From contig NZ_CP058349.1 in NCBI RefSeq assembly GCF_013395055.1, forward strand, positions 596,630 through 628,629: a stretch of 32,000 bases of DNA, read 5' to 3'. Position 1 is the first letter of the stretch. Each line of letters opens with the position of its first letter. Position numbers and translations under genes: made by a program. This DNA comes from Pseudomonas sp. ABC1 (lineage in GTDB: Bacteria > Pseudomonadota > Gammaproteobacteria > Pseudomonadales > Pseudomonadaceae). Under the pieces are notes generated by a model. That model was not told where the DNA came from. It saw only the letters and a list, made by a program, of their open reading frames with translations, and did not search any database. Of this stretch, positions 20,801 through 27,259 are shown in pieces.

Positions 20801-21593
20801 TATGGAAAATGTGCTCGTACCACTGACCCAGGGAACGACGGATGAACGCCTGTTCGTGTTCCATGCCTCGGACGGTGGCGTGGCCTCATACATGGCCTTT
20901 GCTCAGGCACTGGATGCTCAAGTGTGGGGCTTGCAAGCGCCGGAACAGATCAATGTGGATACGCTGCCTGCGTTGGCTGCTGGCTATCTGCGTGCGATGC
21001 AGGCACAGATTGGCACTGCACCAACCACGCTGGTCGGCTGGTCCTACGGTGCGGCGGTTGCTGCCGAAGTCGCACGCATACTGCATGGCCGTGGTAAGGC
21101 CGTCCGGCTGGTACTGATAGATCCTGTGTATGGAGCCGACTTCGCTGTCGCGGATCTGTCCGCGTTGATGGTGATGCTGTCCGGCGAGCATAAGATCGTG
21201 TTGCCGGACAACTGGGACAGCCTTGACGAATCGGCCCGCATTGAAGCGTTCGTCACGGGCGCCGTTCAGGCCGGGGTTATCAACGAGGCCATGCCGGTGG
21301 ATGCGGCACGCCAGTGGCTGACGCGCCTCTACCGCCTGCTGAATTTGCTGGCAAAACACCGTGTCGGGCCATCCGTACCTGTTCCCATCTTCTGGATAGA
21401 GGCGGATCGTCATCCTGATCACTGGAAGCCCGCCGAATGCGAATGGACAGACTGGAAAGCACACGCACAAACCCTGGTCGTTCAGGCAACGCACTGGCAA
21501 CTCATGGAAGACGAAAGCGTTGCCGTTCCGCTGGGTCGCCAGGTCCAGCAGTGGCTTTGCTCTCAGGCAAGCCGCCAGGAGGGTGAGCGATGA
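11895..21593 (+). CDS. irp1: HMWP1-type hybrid PKS/NRPS: KS-AT-cMT-KR-ACP-Cy-MT-PCP-TE
   Basis: The GTG start overlaps the irp2-like stop (GTGA, 11895-11898). KS: TACSSSLVA (Cys 12450-12452), EAHGTATPLGD, KSNMGHLDTAAG. AT: GHSVGEFAA (~13784). cMT: LEVGGGTGGTT (~15178). KR: VVTGGLGGLGRL (~16634). ACP: LGLDSLLFLEL (~17553). Cy: FPLTPIQHAYWMGR (~17755) and DLLLFDVQS (~18153). Second MT: LEVGAGTGATTG (~19842). PCP: GGDSLIATRV (~20660). TE: GWSYGAAV (~21030). It is 3232 aa with the same domain order as HMWP1 (recalled as about 3160 aa). Confidence 0.9.
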   Translation: MNIEELLNHHYPDCEPIAVIGYASRFPEAADSDAYWANLVAGHECNRQFSRQELLDAGIPASVIDDPAYVPRGTVVPDADAFDAELFGYSRQEAELIDPQQRLFLQMAWHALEHAGYAPKAVPHKTGVFGSGRISTYPGRGAINIAEVAHVRSLQSLMGNDKDYVATRAAYKLDLRGPAMTVQTACSSSLVATHMACESLRSGECDMAIAGGVAVSFPQVSGYLYQQGMIFSPDGHCRPFDAQAQGTYGGNGVAAVVLRRLSDALRDGDPIAAVVLGSAINNDGSQKVGYTAPSVLGQRDVIADAWSLAGVRSQQIGMIEAHGTATPLGDSIELQALHGVFHSPDQGPACALGSVKSNMGHLDTAAGIASFLKAVLAVEHGTIPPCVNFSQANPALHLESGPFYVPNDAQPWEAPVRVAGVSSFGIGGTNCHMVVASLPRELQQQSRSDSDKEHGTEDVLLLSANSEAALQRLAGAYATALQEQPAADVARTALTGRLLTMPWRLAVPVCDETVEALHAFAGGEDDILVQTGHGATGRQVWLFTGQGSQWPGMAKTWHDSSPAFAAGLARCLAVFDAQDHTFADGLRKALLEPVDGLLQSMEYAQPAIVAFELAMAAHWQAQGLMPDMVLGHSVGEFAAAVVAGHYTHEQVLPLVRRRGVLMDRCSGGAMLSVFADEAKAMPVATRLGLDLAACNGERHLVFSGERDLIAKLAAELESMDVRTKPLIVTGAAHSRMLDSILDEFGQATNRLHAQAGTIAFISGLTGDVVDAAQLNQPDFWPNHMRRPVRFIQCLHKALEDGAGLFLEMGPDAPLAGIGQRELGSAAHWVASARRNQSAQRPLRQALMQLFVAGLDLPWPERLGGSGHKCHAPLYPFELQRYWRDAPAAGTTMSSAPQFLPSTSLPKARSVVLQEAQTLDLPRLEALYRCVVKLHAIYVDRLVRRCVGDRIDLGVTVLDILRDGRLLPRHRQLLARLLNACAEDGYLQRQDGRYATRTAAPHADHDRLLDELKGYCEGLDVIADTVQRAGASLYEMMSGAIEPVAIIFPEGASSGVEVLYQDFSFGRYFNQIAAGVVADLVRSRGEPGQQQPAYQVLEVGGGTGGTTAWVLPALSGKKGVHYVFTDISPIFTRRAEQKFASFDFVEFREFDLQKSAASQGFVAGDFDLIVAANVIHATQHVGDTLTNLLPLLKPGGKLLMREITRPMRLFDFVFGPLVLPLHDEQARGGELFLSTAHWREQCLAAGFAQVEWLPEDGTATADMSEHIVLATAPGASAIQAASMRLGSGLLGQALTNDGCYLADWSDCADQEREWMDRVDAACRELAHRHGDGRHVPIVKVPTRAPEWLSLVRLQWQARLMQPAQIELALLTPDGAWQDLSAKHSDNGSGLPMLSATPDTHYDWCWERIGRSSSEIPPGNFRLAQQSGEALADELAQAGITLDGNAKEVLLVLPTAASLETVADAVLGTLADQPGGRIVMVTRSAWALDDGEPVDAAHHAAWGLVRTAAVELATQNAGRIIVAVDLAAAASWEDLIIGLQSVTDGAQWVAVRQGHALTPRLQSHRHAAAALDGRSLQGDAWHVVTGGLGGLGRLSAAWLASRGARRIALLAHREHDDAVDFIAHQQQCHGATLTCRVCDVADLDALDAVLSDLQADGGVAGVIHAAGLLDDGPISAWSVDRLAPVLAVKAHAARRIYDRLREVNSQSYLLLYSSAAAALGSAGQAGHALASAYLDGLAYEAAAKVGNPVQVTSIAWGAWGETGRAADESLQAALAQDGMGVLSDAEGLWHLEQAISRGAPYRLAMRVLPEHLDDRRKQLLGLTQAQAQQAITRVAQETPASGQAQDMDLPADKLVDAAAVAQWLAAQIAAQLRLDNPARLSPKRDLVQLGLDSLLFLELNSTIQRRLGVRIEAAQAYQDLTIDGLSRLIAAQSTQIPGTLPQPAQLEHDAQGRFQPFPLTPIQHAYWMGRTSLIDYGGVACHVLFEWDLHRDQFDLERLEQAWNALVHRHDMLRMVIGDDGQQRVLEDVPDYRIERRAPSTLSAAERERLLADTRRELSYRVLPADRWPLFELIATDLDGECYRLHMNLDLLLFDVQSFKVMMDDLAALYRGDSLEPLQITFRDYVLGEQERHQSQEWLKSWCYWQDLLPDLPPAPRLPLSECDLNGRQPNFTTYQAVLDRESWGRLKQEWQSWGVTPSAALMTLFAGTLERWARWPAFTLNLTFFNRRPVHPQMSQLIGDFTSVLLVDFDLSDPSVTLRQAIEHTQQRLRQHLAHSQVNGVELLREVGRIRGQTHQPLMPVVFTSMLGMTLDGLAIDQAMTSLLGDPVHVFTQTPQVWLDHQVMEIDGELVFSWYCMDEVLAEGAAQRMFEDFHAVLRAVALHPQRMEQPGLWKLSEGSHELQPFGRHGWPAVSAGSKVDQRDIEAIAWQQDGVLLADVRQHDNSDGLLVKVVAAQRGYSPGSLPGPALENPPDLAALDDAEQQLFDAVWAALEARALHGIAATLASHGLFVQERQAADLDSIYQRLKVLPQFERIVRQWLRALCSAGWLHQDDRSFVCLRPLSQMPAPPAAPTSAWGDTLAAYLDRSMECHAQLLQGTRSALELFFVDDYAITRALYAENPAAQCVTRNVERIVRALGQIDETADGLRALEVGAGTGATTGAVLDALGKHLHSYHFTDVSTFFLDEARKRFADRDDLAYGIFDINQPVDYTQHPVEGYDLVVAAQVMHDASHVVRSLRRVGSLMKPGARLVLIEATHRDSLLQMASVGFIEGLGNYQDERAIDDRAMLDLAQWREALQDGGFALELAWPESEASPIHQHVIVARLVRAAHVDCAAVEQTLLRHFNGALPAVEVRQSEPQNMFTPELSCASKSTATQALDAAAPVVPVDAGGTPDETLMNSVAQVWQTFLGRPVNPASDFFHSGGDSLIATRVIAQLNRTGVVGSSLQALFAHRTLAAFCATLKGTRNMDMENVLVPLTQGTTDERLFVFHASDGGVASYMAFAQALDAQVWGLQAPEQINVDTLPALAAGYLRAMQAQIGTAPTTLVGWSYGAAVAAEVARILHGRGKAVRLVLIDPVYGADFAVADLSALMVMLSGEHKIVLPDNWDSLDESARIEAFVTGAVQAGVINEAMPVDAARQWLTRLYRLLNLLAKHRVGPSVPVPIFWIEADRHPDHWKPAECEWTDWKAHAQTLVVQATHWQLMEDESVAVPLGRQVQQWLCSQASRQEGER

Positions 21594-22723
21594 TCCAGGC
21601 CGCCATCAGAAAGAACCGGCGCGTGCTGGTTGTGGGTGCCAAATTTGGCGAGGTGTATCTCAACGCCTTCATGCAGCCTCTGCCGGGTCTTGAACTGGCC
21701 GGTCTGCTGGCCCGAGGTAGCCGCAGAGCCCAGCAATTGTCACATGACTTTGGCATTCCACTCTACACAAGCCTTGAGCAAGTTCCGGACGATATCGACA
21801 TCGCCTGCGTGGTGGTGCGCTCGACGGTGGCTCATGGAGAAGGCAGCCAATTGGCGGCAGCGTTATTGAATCGGGGCGTCCATGTGGTGCAGGAACACCC
21901 CCTGCACCCGGATGATATTGCCCGGCTCCAGTCGCTTGCTGAAGAACATGGCCTGCTGTACTGGGTCAACAGCTTCTATCCCCATGTACCGGCAGGTCGC
22001 TGCTGGATAGACCGGGCGACCCGAATCCGCCATTGCCTGGATGGTGAGGTGCCATGCTCCGCGCACCTGACCACCAGCCGCCAGTTGTTGTATTCGACGT
22101 TGGACTTATTGCTGCAAGCGTGTGGTGTTCCTGCGGGCGGCGAGATACAGGTTCAACTACTGCAGGGTGCCGACGCACGTTTCGTGCCGATCAGCTTGAT
22201 GCTTCCGGGTGGATGTCACGCCGTGCTGCGCTTGCAAGCCTATCTGGACCCGTCCGATCCCGATATGTACAGCCTGGTAATGCACCAAGCCAGCCTGCTT
22301 TGGCCGTCAGGCTATCTGACGCTGGAAGCAAGCTATGGGCCTGTACTGTGGACGGGGCTTTTCCATGACACGCAGCACGACAGCCGTGATCGCACGATGT
22401 ACCGCTATGCCCAGGAGGAAGATGCCTATGCGCGACCGACTTCCATGATCCTGCACGATGCAGCCAAAAACTGGCGTGACGCCTTTGAAATTGATGGCGC
22501 TGCGGGTATTGCGCATGTCCTGCACGGGCTTTGCCTGGTTTTGGATGGTGCCAGCGTTCCGGCAGGATTCAGTGCAGCACACCAGTTAGCGTTGGCTCGC
22601 TTGTGGCTCGATGTCCTGCACATCGTTCCACCTGTGACTGAGCAGCATCTGTCTCCACCGAAATTGATCAGTTGGAAAGAACTGGCAGCAGATCAGGAAG
22701 AGGAAGGAGGCACGGATGGATAG
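21590..22723 (+). CDS. ybtU: Thiazolinyl imide reductase (YbtU/Irp3/PchG family)
   Basis: The 377-aa product begins RRVLVVGAKFGEVYLNAFMQPLPGLELAGLLARGS...FGIPLYTS...IACVVVRSTV...GVHVVQEHPLHPDDI, which matches my recollection of the YbtU N-terminal Rossmann region. The ATGA overlaps the upstream stop. Confidence 0.85.
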   Translation: MIQAAIRKNRRVLVVGAKFGEVYLNAFMQPLPGLELAGLLARGSRRAQQLSHDFGIPLYTSLEQVPDDIDIACVVVRSTVAHGEGSQLAAALLNRGVHVVQEHPLHPDDIARLQSLAEEHGLLYWVNSFYPHVPAGRCWIDRATRIRHCLDGEVPCSAHLTTSRQLLYSTLDLLLQACGVPAGGEIQVQLLQGADARFVPISLMLPGGCHAVLRLQAYLDPSDPDMYSLVMHQASLLWPSGYLTLEASYGPVLWTGLFHDTQHDSRDRTMYRYAQEEDAYARPTSMILHDAAKNWRDAFEIDGAAGIAHVLHGLCLVLDGASVPAGFSAAHQLALARLWLDVLHIVPPVTEQHLSPPKLISWKELAADQEEEGGTDG

Positions 22724-23501
22724 CCTGTTGCCTCTTTGCAGCCCGAACGAACCCGGCACTGGAGACCTCCATCTAGTGCTTTGCCCCTTTGCCGGTGGGA
22801 GCGCCAGTGCCTTTCGGAGTTGGCGCGATCTTCAGCCTGTCGACTTGCAAGTCTGGCTGGCGGTTTATCCAGGGCGCGACCATCGAATGAGCGAGCCCTG
22901 CGCATCAAGCATTGAAGAACTTGCCGACCAAGTTTTGGTGGCGATTCGGACACAGAAAATCGACTACCAGCAGCTCGTCATTGCTGGCCACAGCATGGGG
23001 GCTCAGGTGGCCTATGAGGTTTGTGCTCGCCTTGAGCAGCAAGGCACAACTCCACATGGCCTGGTTCTTTCTGGTTGCCATGCGCCGCATCTTCAAGGCC
23101 GTCGCCTCATCAGCCATTTGGAAGATCGCGCCTTCCTGGAACAGTTGGTTGCCATTGGTGGCAGCGCCCAGGAACTGTTGAACGAACCTGGCTTGTGGCC
23201 TGTGTTCATGCCGATGCTGCGAGCGGATTTCCGCGCAACCGAAAGCTATGGGCTGCCGCAGGCATTGGCTGCTGATCGCCAACTGCAAACGCCAGCTTTG
23301 CTGATCTATGGCAGCGCAGACCAGGAAGCCTGGGACTCGGAGGTCGATGCCTGGAAAAGCTGGCTATGTGATGCGAAGGGGCCGGTAGCCATTGCTGGCG
23401 ACCATTTTTATGCCACTCGGCGTCCGAGAGCCTTTCTGGAACACATCCGACGCCGTTTTGAACTGGATTTCGCGCACATGCCGATGTGCGCTTGCAAATA
23501 A
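22716..23501 (+). CDS. ybtT: Type II (editing) thioesterase (YbtT/Irp4 family)
   Basis: The 261-aa alpha/beta hydrolase has the nucleophile elbow GHSMGAQVAYE and a late GDHFY His motif. It overlaps the ybtU-like stop by 8 nt. Its position is identical to ybtT in the HPI operon. Confidence 0.85.
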   Translation: MDSLLPLCSPNEPGTGDLHLVLCPFAGGSASAFRSWRDLQPVDLQVWLAVYPGRDHRMSEPCASSIEELADQVLVAIRTQKIDYQQLVIAGHSMGAQVAYEVCARLEQQGTTPHGLVLSGCHAPHLQGRRLISHLEDRAFLEQLVAIGGSAQELLNEPGLWPVFMPMLRADFRATESYGLPQALAADRQLQTPALLIYGSADQEAWDSEVDAWKSWLCDAKGPVAIAGDHFYATRRPRAFLEHIRRRFELDFAHMPMCACK

Positions 23502-23513
23502 AGGAACCTTGTT

Positions 23514-26450
23514 ATGACAGCCGATATATCCGCCACCAACTTGAATCAGTACGACAAGCCTTTGCTTCTGGGTCATTGCCTATCGCAATGGGCACATGAC
23601 TATGGCGAGCGCACGGCCCTGGTCAATGAAAGTGGTGAATCCCTGACCTATACCGCCTTGCAAGAACGCGTCGAACGTCTGGCCGGTGGCTTGTACGCTG
23701 CTGGCCTGCGAGCAGGCGACCATGCCATGGTCCATTTGCCCAACACGTTCGGTTTCTTCTACACGGTATTTGCGCTACTGCGTTTGGGTGCCATTCCCGT
23801 GATGGCAATGCCCAATCAGAGGGAGCAAGACATAGATGCTTTGATGGCGCTTGCAAAGCCAGCCGCTTATTTCATCCCTGATGACACAGGTGAACACGAC
23901 TATCTGGAGCTGGCGCGCAGGATGCAAACCAAACATGAAGGCCTGCGACTGGTGGTCATGGATGGGGACGCAGAGTCCGAAACACGCAACGTGCTGATCC
24001 TAGAGACACTGCTGGGGCCCACCTGCCCATGGCCTGAACAAGATAGAAGTGATATCGCCTTGCTGCTGCTTTCAGGTGGCACAACGGGCACGCCGAAGCT
24101 GATTCCCCGCACGCATGGGGACTATTTCTACAATTTCACTGCATCTGCCAACCTGTGCGGATTCGAGCGCGACATGGTTTTTCTGGCGGTGCTGCCCGCC
24201 GCCCACAATTTCACGCTTGCTTCGCCTGGCGTTCTGGGGACCTTTCAATGCGGCGGCAAGGTGGTAGCCACAACCTCAGCCAGTTGCGATGAGGCCATGC
24301 CGCTGATTGAGCAGCACGGCGTCACGCATGTGGCGCTGGTGCCACCACTGGCCAAACTGTGGGTGGAAGGTCGTGAATGGGAGGACAGTGATTTGTCCAG
24401 CCTCAAGCTCATACAGGTCGGTGGCGCCAGGCTGGAGGCCGGATTGGCCCGGCAACTGGTCGATGTCATTGGATGCCCACTGCAGCAGGTCTTCGGCATG
24501 GCCGAGGGTCTGTTGTGCTACACACGGCTGGACGACCCAATCGAAACCATCATTCATACCCAAGGTCGGCCTTTGTCTCCCAAAGACGAGGTTCGAATTG
24601 TCGATGAGGACGACCGAGACGTTCCTGAAGGACAAGTCGGGCAGTTACTGACCCGCGGCCCCTACACGATTCGCGGCTACTTCCGCGCACCGATACAGAA
24701 CGCATCCAGCTTCACCGAGGATGGTTTCTACCGATCCGGTGATCTGGTCCGCCGTGACAAAAGTGGCAATCTGATCGTGGAAGGCCGCATCAAGGAGCAA
24801 ATCAACCGCTGCGGTGAGAAGATCTCCGCAGCCGAAGTTGAAGAAGCCATCAGTTCGCTGCATGGCGTTCATGCCGCCGTGGCCATTGGGGTTCCCGACG
24901 ATTTGCTGGGTGAGCGAATCTGCGTTTTCATCAAGCCGGAGGGACAGACCATCGACCCAATGAGTATCAAGACGGCTCTGCGCGAGAGGGGTCTGAGCGA
25001 CTACAAGGTACCAGACCAGATCGAGACCATTGACGAGTGGCCTTTGACCGCCGCAAGAAAAATCGACAAACGGCGTCTGGTTGTCATCGCAACTCAACGG
25101 GCTTCAGGGGCGGCCGAGACCGTGCCGTCACGTTACCAGCAAGAGACTATGGCAACAGATACATCGCCATTCGAACTGGCTGTGAAAGTGGTCGACTTCA
25201 TCCGTCATGAAGCCAGTCCCTATGTCTTGTATGAACATCATGGAGAATGGACGCTGGGGCTGGGAAGCGCGATGGAAATTATGGTCGACTCGAATGGAAC
25301 GGTTCGACGCAGTGATGGGAAGACTTGGCAAACCAGTTCAGCCAGTGAAGGTATCGAGCAGGCGCTGGTAGATATTCCTTTCGAACACTGGCGTGCTTAT
25401 GGCCGAGCTGATTTCGAGTTCGCCTATCTGACCTATGGTGTTGAGAACCCTCACAATGCTGGTCCGTTGTTGCGAATCGTGATTCCAAACAGCGAAATCC
25501 GCTTCAGGCGTGAGTCGGTGCAACTGCGTGCCCTAAGTGCCGAGGAGATCCCCCGTTTGAAGGCCATTGTCGAGACGGCCGAAAAAAATGTGCTGTCCAG
25601 TAGTGATACGCCTATCGCGTTGGATGTGCGTTCAACGGGTGGTGCTCAATACCGTGAAATCGTGGCCTCTGCCGTACAGGACATGCAGGAGGGCCGCTAC
25701 CAGAAAGTTATCCTCTCTCGTCCTGTCGAGGTTCCGTCCACCGTGGACATGGTCGCCAGCTACTACGCTGGGCGGCAGTCCAATACGCCCGCCCGCTCGT
25801 TCTTGTTACAAGACGGCGAGTTTCAGGCATACGGCTTCAGCCCGGAAATCGTCGTGACCGTTGATGGCGAGCGCAATGTGACGACCCAACCCCTGGCGGG
25901 AACACGCGCATTGACGGGGAATCAGGATGCAGACCGGCAACTTCGCGAAGAACTGGAGTCAGACGTGAAGGAAATCGCCGAACACGCGGTCTCGGTGAAG
26001 CTCGCTGTCCAGGAAATGTTGCAGGCATGCCAGCGTGAATCAGTCATTGTGGACGACTTCATGAACGTGCTGGAGCGCGGTAGTGTCCAGCATCTGGCAT
26101 CACACGTGAAAGGCATCCTGGCGCCTGGAGCCAGCGCATGGACTGCATTCGAAAAGCTGTTCCCAGCCGTCACGGCATCCGGCATCCCGAAAAAGGAAGC
26201 ACTGGAAAGCATCAGCCGGCATGAAGGGCGCAAGAGGGGGCTTTACAGCGGATGCGTGTTGATTGCGGACAGCGACGGTTCGCTGGACGCCACCTTGGTG
26301 CTGCGATCAGCGTACCGTGAGGCAGGCAAGGCATGGCTGCAAGCCGGTGCGGGGTTGGTGCCGCACTCAACACCAGAACGCGAATGGGAAGAAACGTGCG
26401 AGAAGCTAACTTCCGTGGGGCCTTACCTGTTTGCCTCGAAGGAGCATTGA
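23514..26450 (+). CDS. Fusion protein: aryl acid (salicyl)-AMP ligase (YbtE/EntE-like, aa ~1-530) + salicylate synthase (YbtS/Irp9/MbtI-like chorismate-utilising domain, aa ~545-978)
   Basis: N-terminal half: LLLSGGTTGTPKLIPRTH (~24064-24110), AAHNFTLASPGVLG, QVFGMAEGL, YRSGDLV, GRIKEQINRCGEKISAAEVE and RKIDKRRL. C-terminal half: KVILSR, GFSPE, PLAGTR, KEIAEHAVSVKL, VQHLASHVKG, LFPAVTASGIPK, RGLYSGCV, AGAGLVPHSTPEREWEETCEKL. The frame is uninterrupted across the junction (~25080-25150), which contains an internal Met (..QQETMATDTSPFEL..). Confidence 0.85.
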   Translation: MTADISATNLNQYDKPLLLGHCLSQWAHDYGERTALVNESGESLTYTALQERVERLAGGLYAAGLRAGDHAMVHLPNTFGFFYTVFALLRLGAIPVMAMPNQREQDIDALMALAKPAAYFIPDDTGEHDYLELARRMQTKHEGLRLVVMDGDAESETRNVLILETLLGPTCPWPEQDRSDIALLLLSGGTTGTPKLIPRTHGDYFYNFTASANLCGFERDMVFLAVLPAAHNFTLASPGVLGTFQCGGKVVATTSASCDEAMPLIEQHGVTHVALVPPLAKLWVEGREWEDSDLSSLKLIQVGGARLEAGLARQLVDVIGCPLQQVFGMAEGLLCYTRLDDPIETIIHTQGRPLSPKDEVRIVDEDDRDVPEGQVGQLLTRGPYTIRGYFRAPIQNASSFTEDGFYRSGDLVRRDKSGNLIVEGRIKEQINRCGEKISAAEVEEAISSLHGVHAAVAIGVPDDLLGERICVFIKPEGQTIDPMSIKTALRERGLSDYKVPDQIETIDEWPLTAARKIDKRRLVVIATQRASGAAETVPSRYQQETMATDTSPFELAVKVVDFIRHEASPYVLYEHHGEWTLGLGSAMEIMVDSNGTVRRSDGKTWQTSSASEGIEQALVDIPFEHWRAYGRADFEFAYLTYGVENPHNAGPLLRIVIPNSEIRFRRESVQLRALSAEEIPRLKAIVETAEKNVLSSSDTPIALDVRSTGGAQYREIVASAVQDMQEGRYQKVILSRPVEVPSTVDMVASYYAGRQSNTPARSFLLQDGEFQAYGFSPEIVVTVDGERNVTTQPLAGTRALTGNQDADRQLREELESDVKEIAEHAVSVKLAVQEMLQACQRESVIVDDFMNVLERGSVQHLASHVKGILAPGASAWTAFEKLFPAVTASGIPKKEALESISRHEGRKRGLYSGCVLIADSDGSLDATLVLRSAYREAGKAWLQAGAGLVPHSTPEREWEETCEKLTSVGPYLFASKEH

Positions 26451-26462
26451 CTCATTCCTCCA

Positions 26463-27203
26463 ATGTTTTCGTGGCTTGATCACGCGGTAACGGCGTGGAT
26501 TCCTGATCTTGGTGGCCTATTGGAATTGCCGACTGACGTTCGGCTCACCGGACTTGCCTTTCCAACTGCCCTGGGGATACAGGCCGAAGCATGGCTTCCC
26601 CAGGGCAGTTGGGCGTTGCAATGCATGGTGAGGGACATGGGCACCAAACGGCGAAAGGAATTCCTCGCTGGACGCCTCTGTGCCTACCGATCTCTGTTAG
26701 CCATGGGGGTTGTCTCTGGCTTTCCCTTGGCTGCAAGGGATCGGTTACCCGTTTGGCCGTCGGGTGTGCTGGGCAGTATCAGCCACTGCACATCAATTGC
26801 CGTGGCCATGGTAGCCCCTACATCAAGGTTCCATGCCTTGGGAGTTGATGTCGAATCATTGATCTCACCCTCCACCGTGGCGGACATACAGCGCAGCGTT
26901 GGCAGTGATAGCGAGTTGATCTGCTTGGCAGGGGCCATTCCATGCCGCGCGCGGGCACTGACGCTGCTTTTCTCCGCGAAAGAAGCGCTCTACAAGGCAC
27001 TTTATCCGTTGGTGCTCCAGTTCAAGGATTTCCATGCTGCGGAGATCGTCGATTGTGAGGCCAAGTCGCTTGTCCTGCGTCTGACTGAGGACTGGAGCGA
27101 AGAATGGCGTCGCGGAGCCTGCGTGAATGTGCGGTACGTATGGCTGAACGACGAGGTGCTGACAGCCATATGTTTGCCGTACGCACAGCCAATTCACTCA
27201 TAG
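26463..27203 (+). CDS. 4'-phosphopantetheinyl transferase, EntD/YbtD (Sfp-superfamily) type
   Basis: The 246-aa product carries KRRKEFLAGR, PVWPSGVLGSISH, GVDVE and FSAKEALYKAL, the hallmark EntD-type motifs. There is no obvious SD; the start lies 12 nt after the upstream stop, so reinitiation is possible. Confidence 0.8.
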   Translation: MFSWLDHAVTAWIPDLGGLLELPTDVRLTGLAFPTALGIQAEAWLPQGSWALQCMVRDMGTKRRKEFLAGRLCAYRSLLAMGVVSGFPLAARDRLPVWPSGVLGSISHCTSIAVAMVAPTSRFHALGVDVESLISPSTVADIQRSVGSDSELICLAGAIPCRARALTLLFSAKEALYKALYPLVLQFKDFHAAEIVDCEAKSLVLRLTEDWSEEWRRGACVNVRYVWLNDEVLTAICLPYAQPIHS

Positions 27204-27259
27204 CTGATTGGTTGCGCCGGCCTCCATCTATCAAATCGTGAGAAAGAAGGAAAAAGCCA

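Noticed and set aside
5574-21500. Many ORFs of 60-454 aa on the minus strand or in alternative plus-strand frames inside the NRPS/PKS genes (e.g. 8875..10239, 9209..10291, 12453..13448, 14439..15254, 15363..16091, 17763..19046)
   Set aside because: They lie entirely inside two megasynthase ORFs that show uninterrupted, correctly ordered catalytic motifs. The alternative translations are compositionally biased and motif-free.
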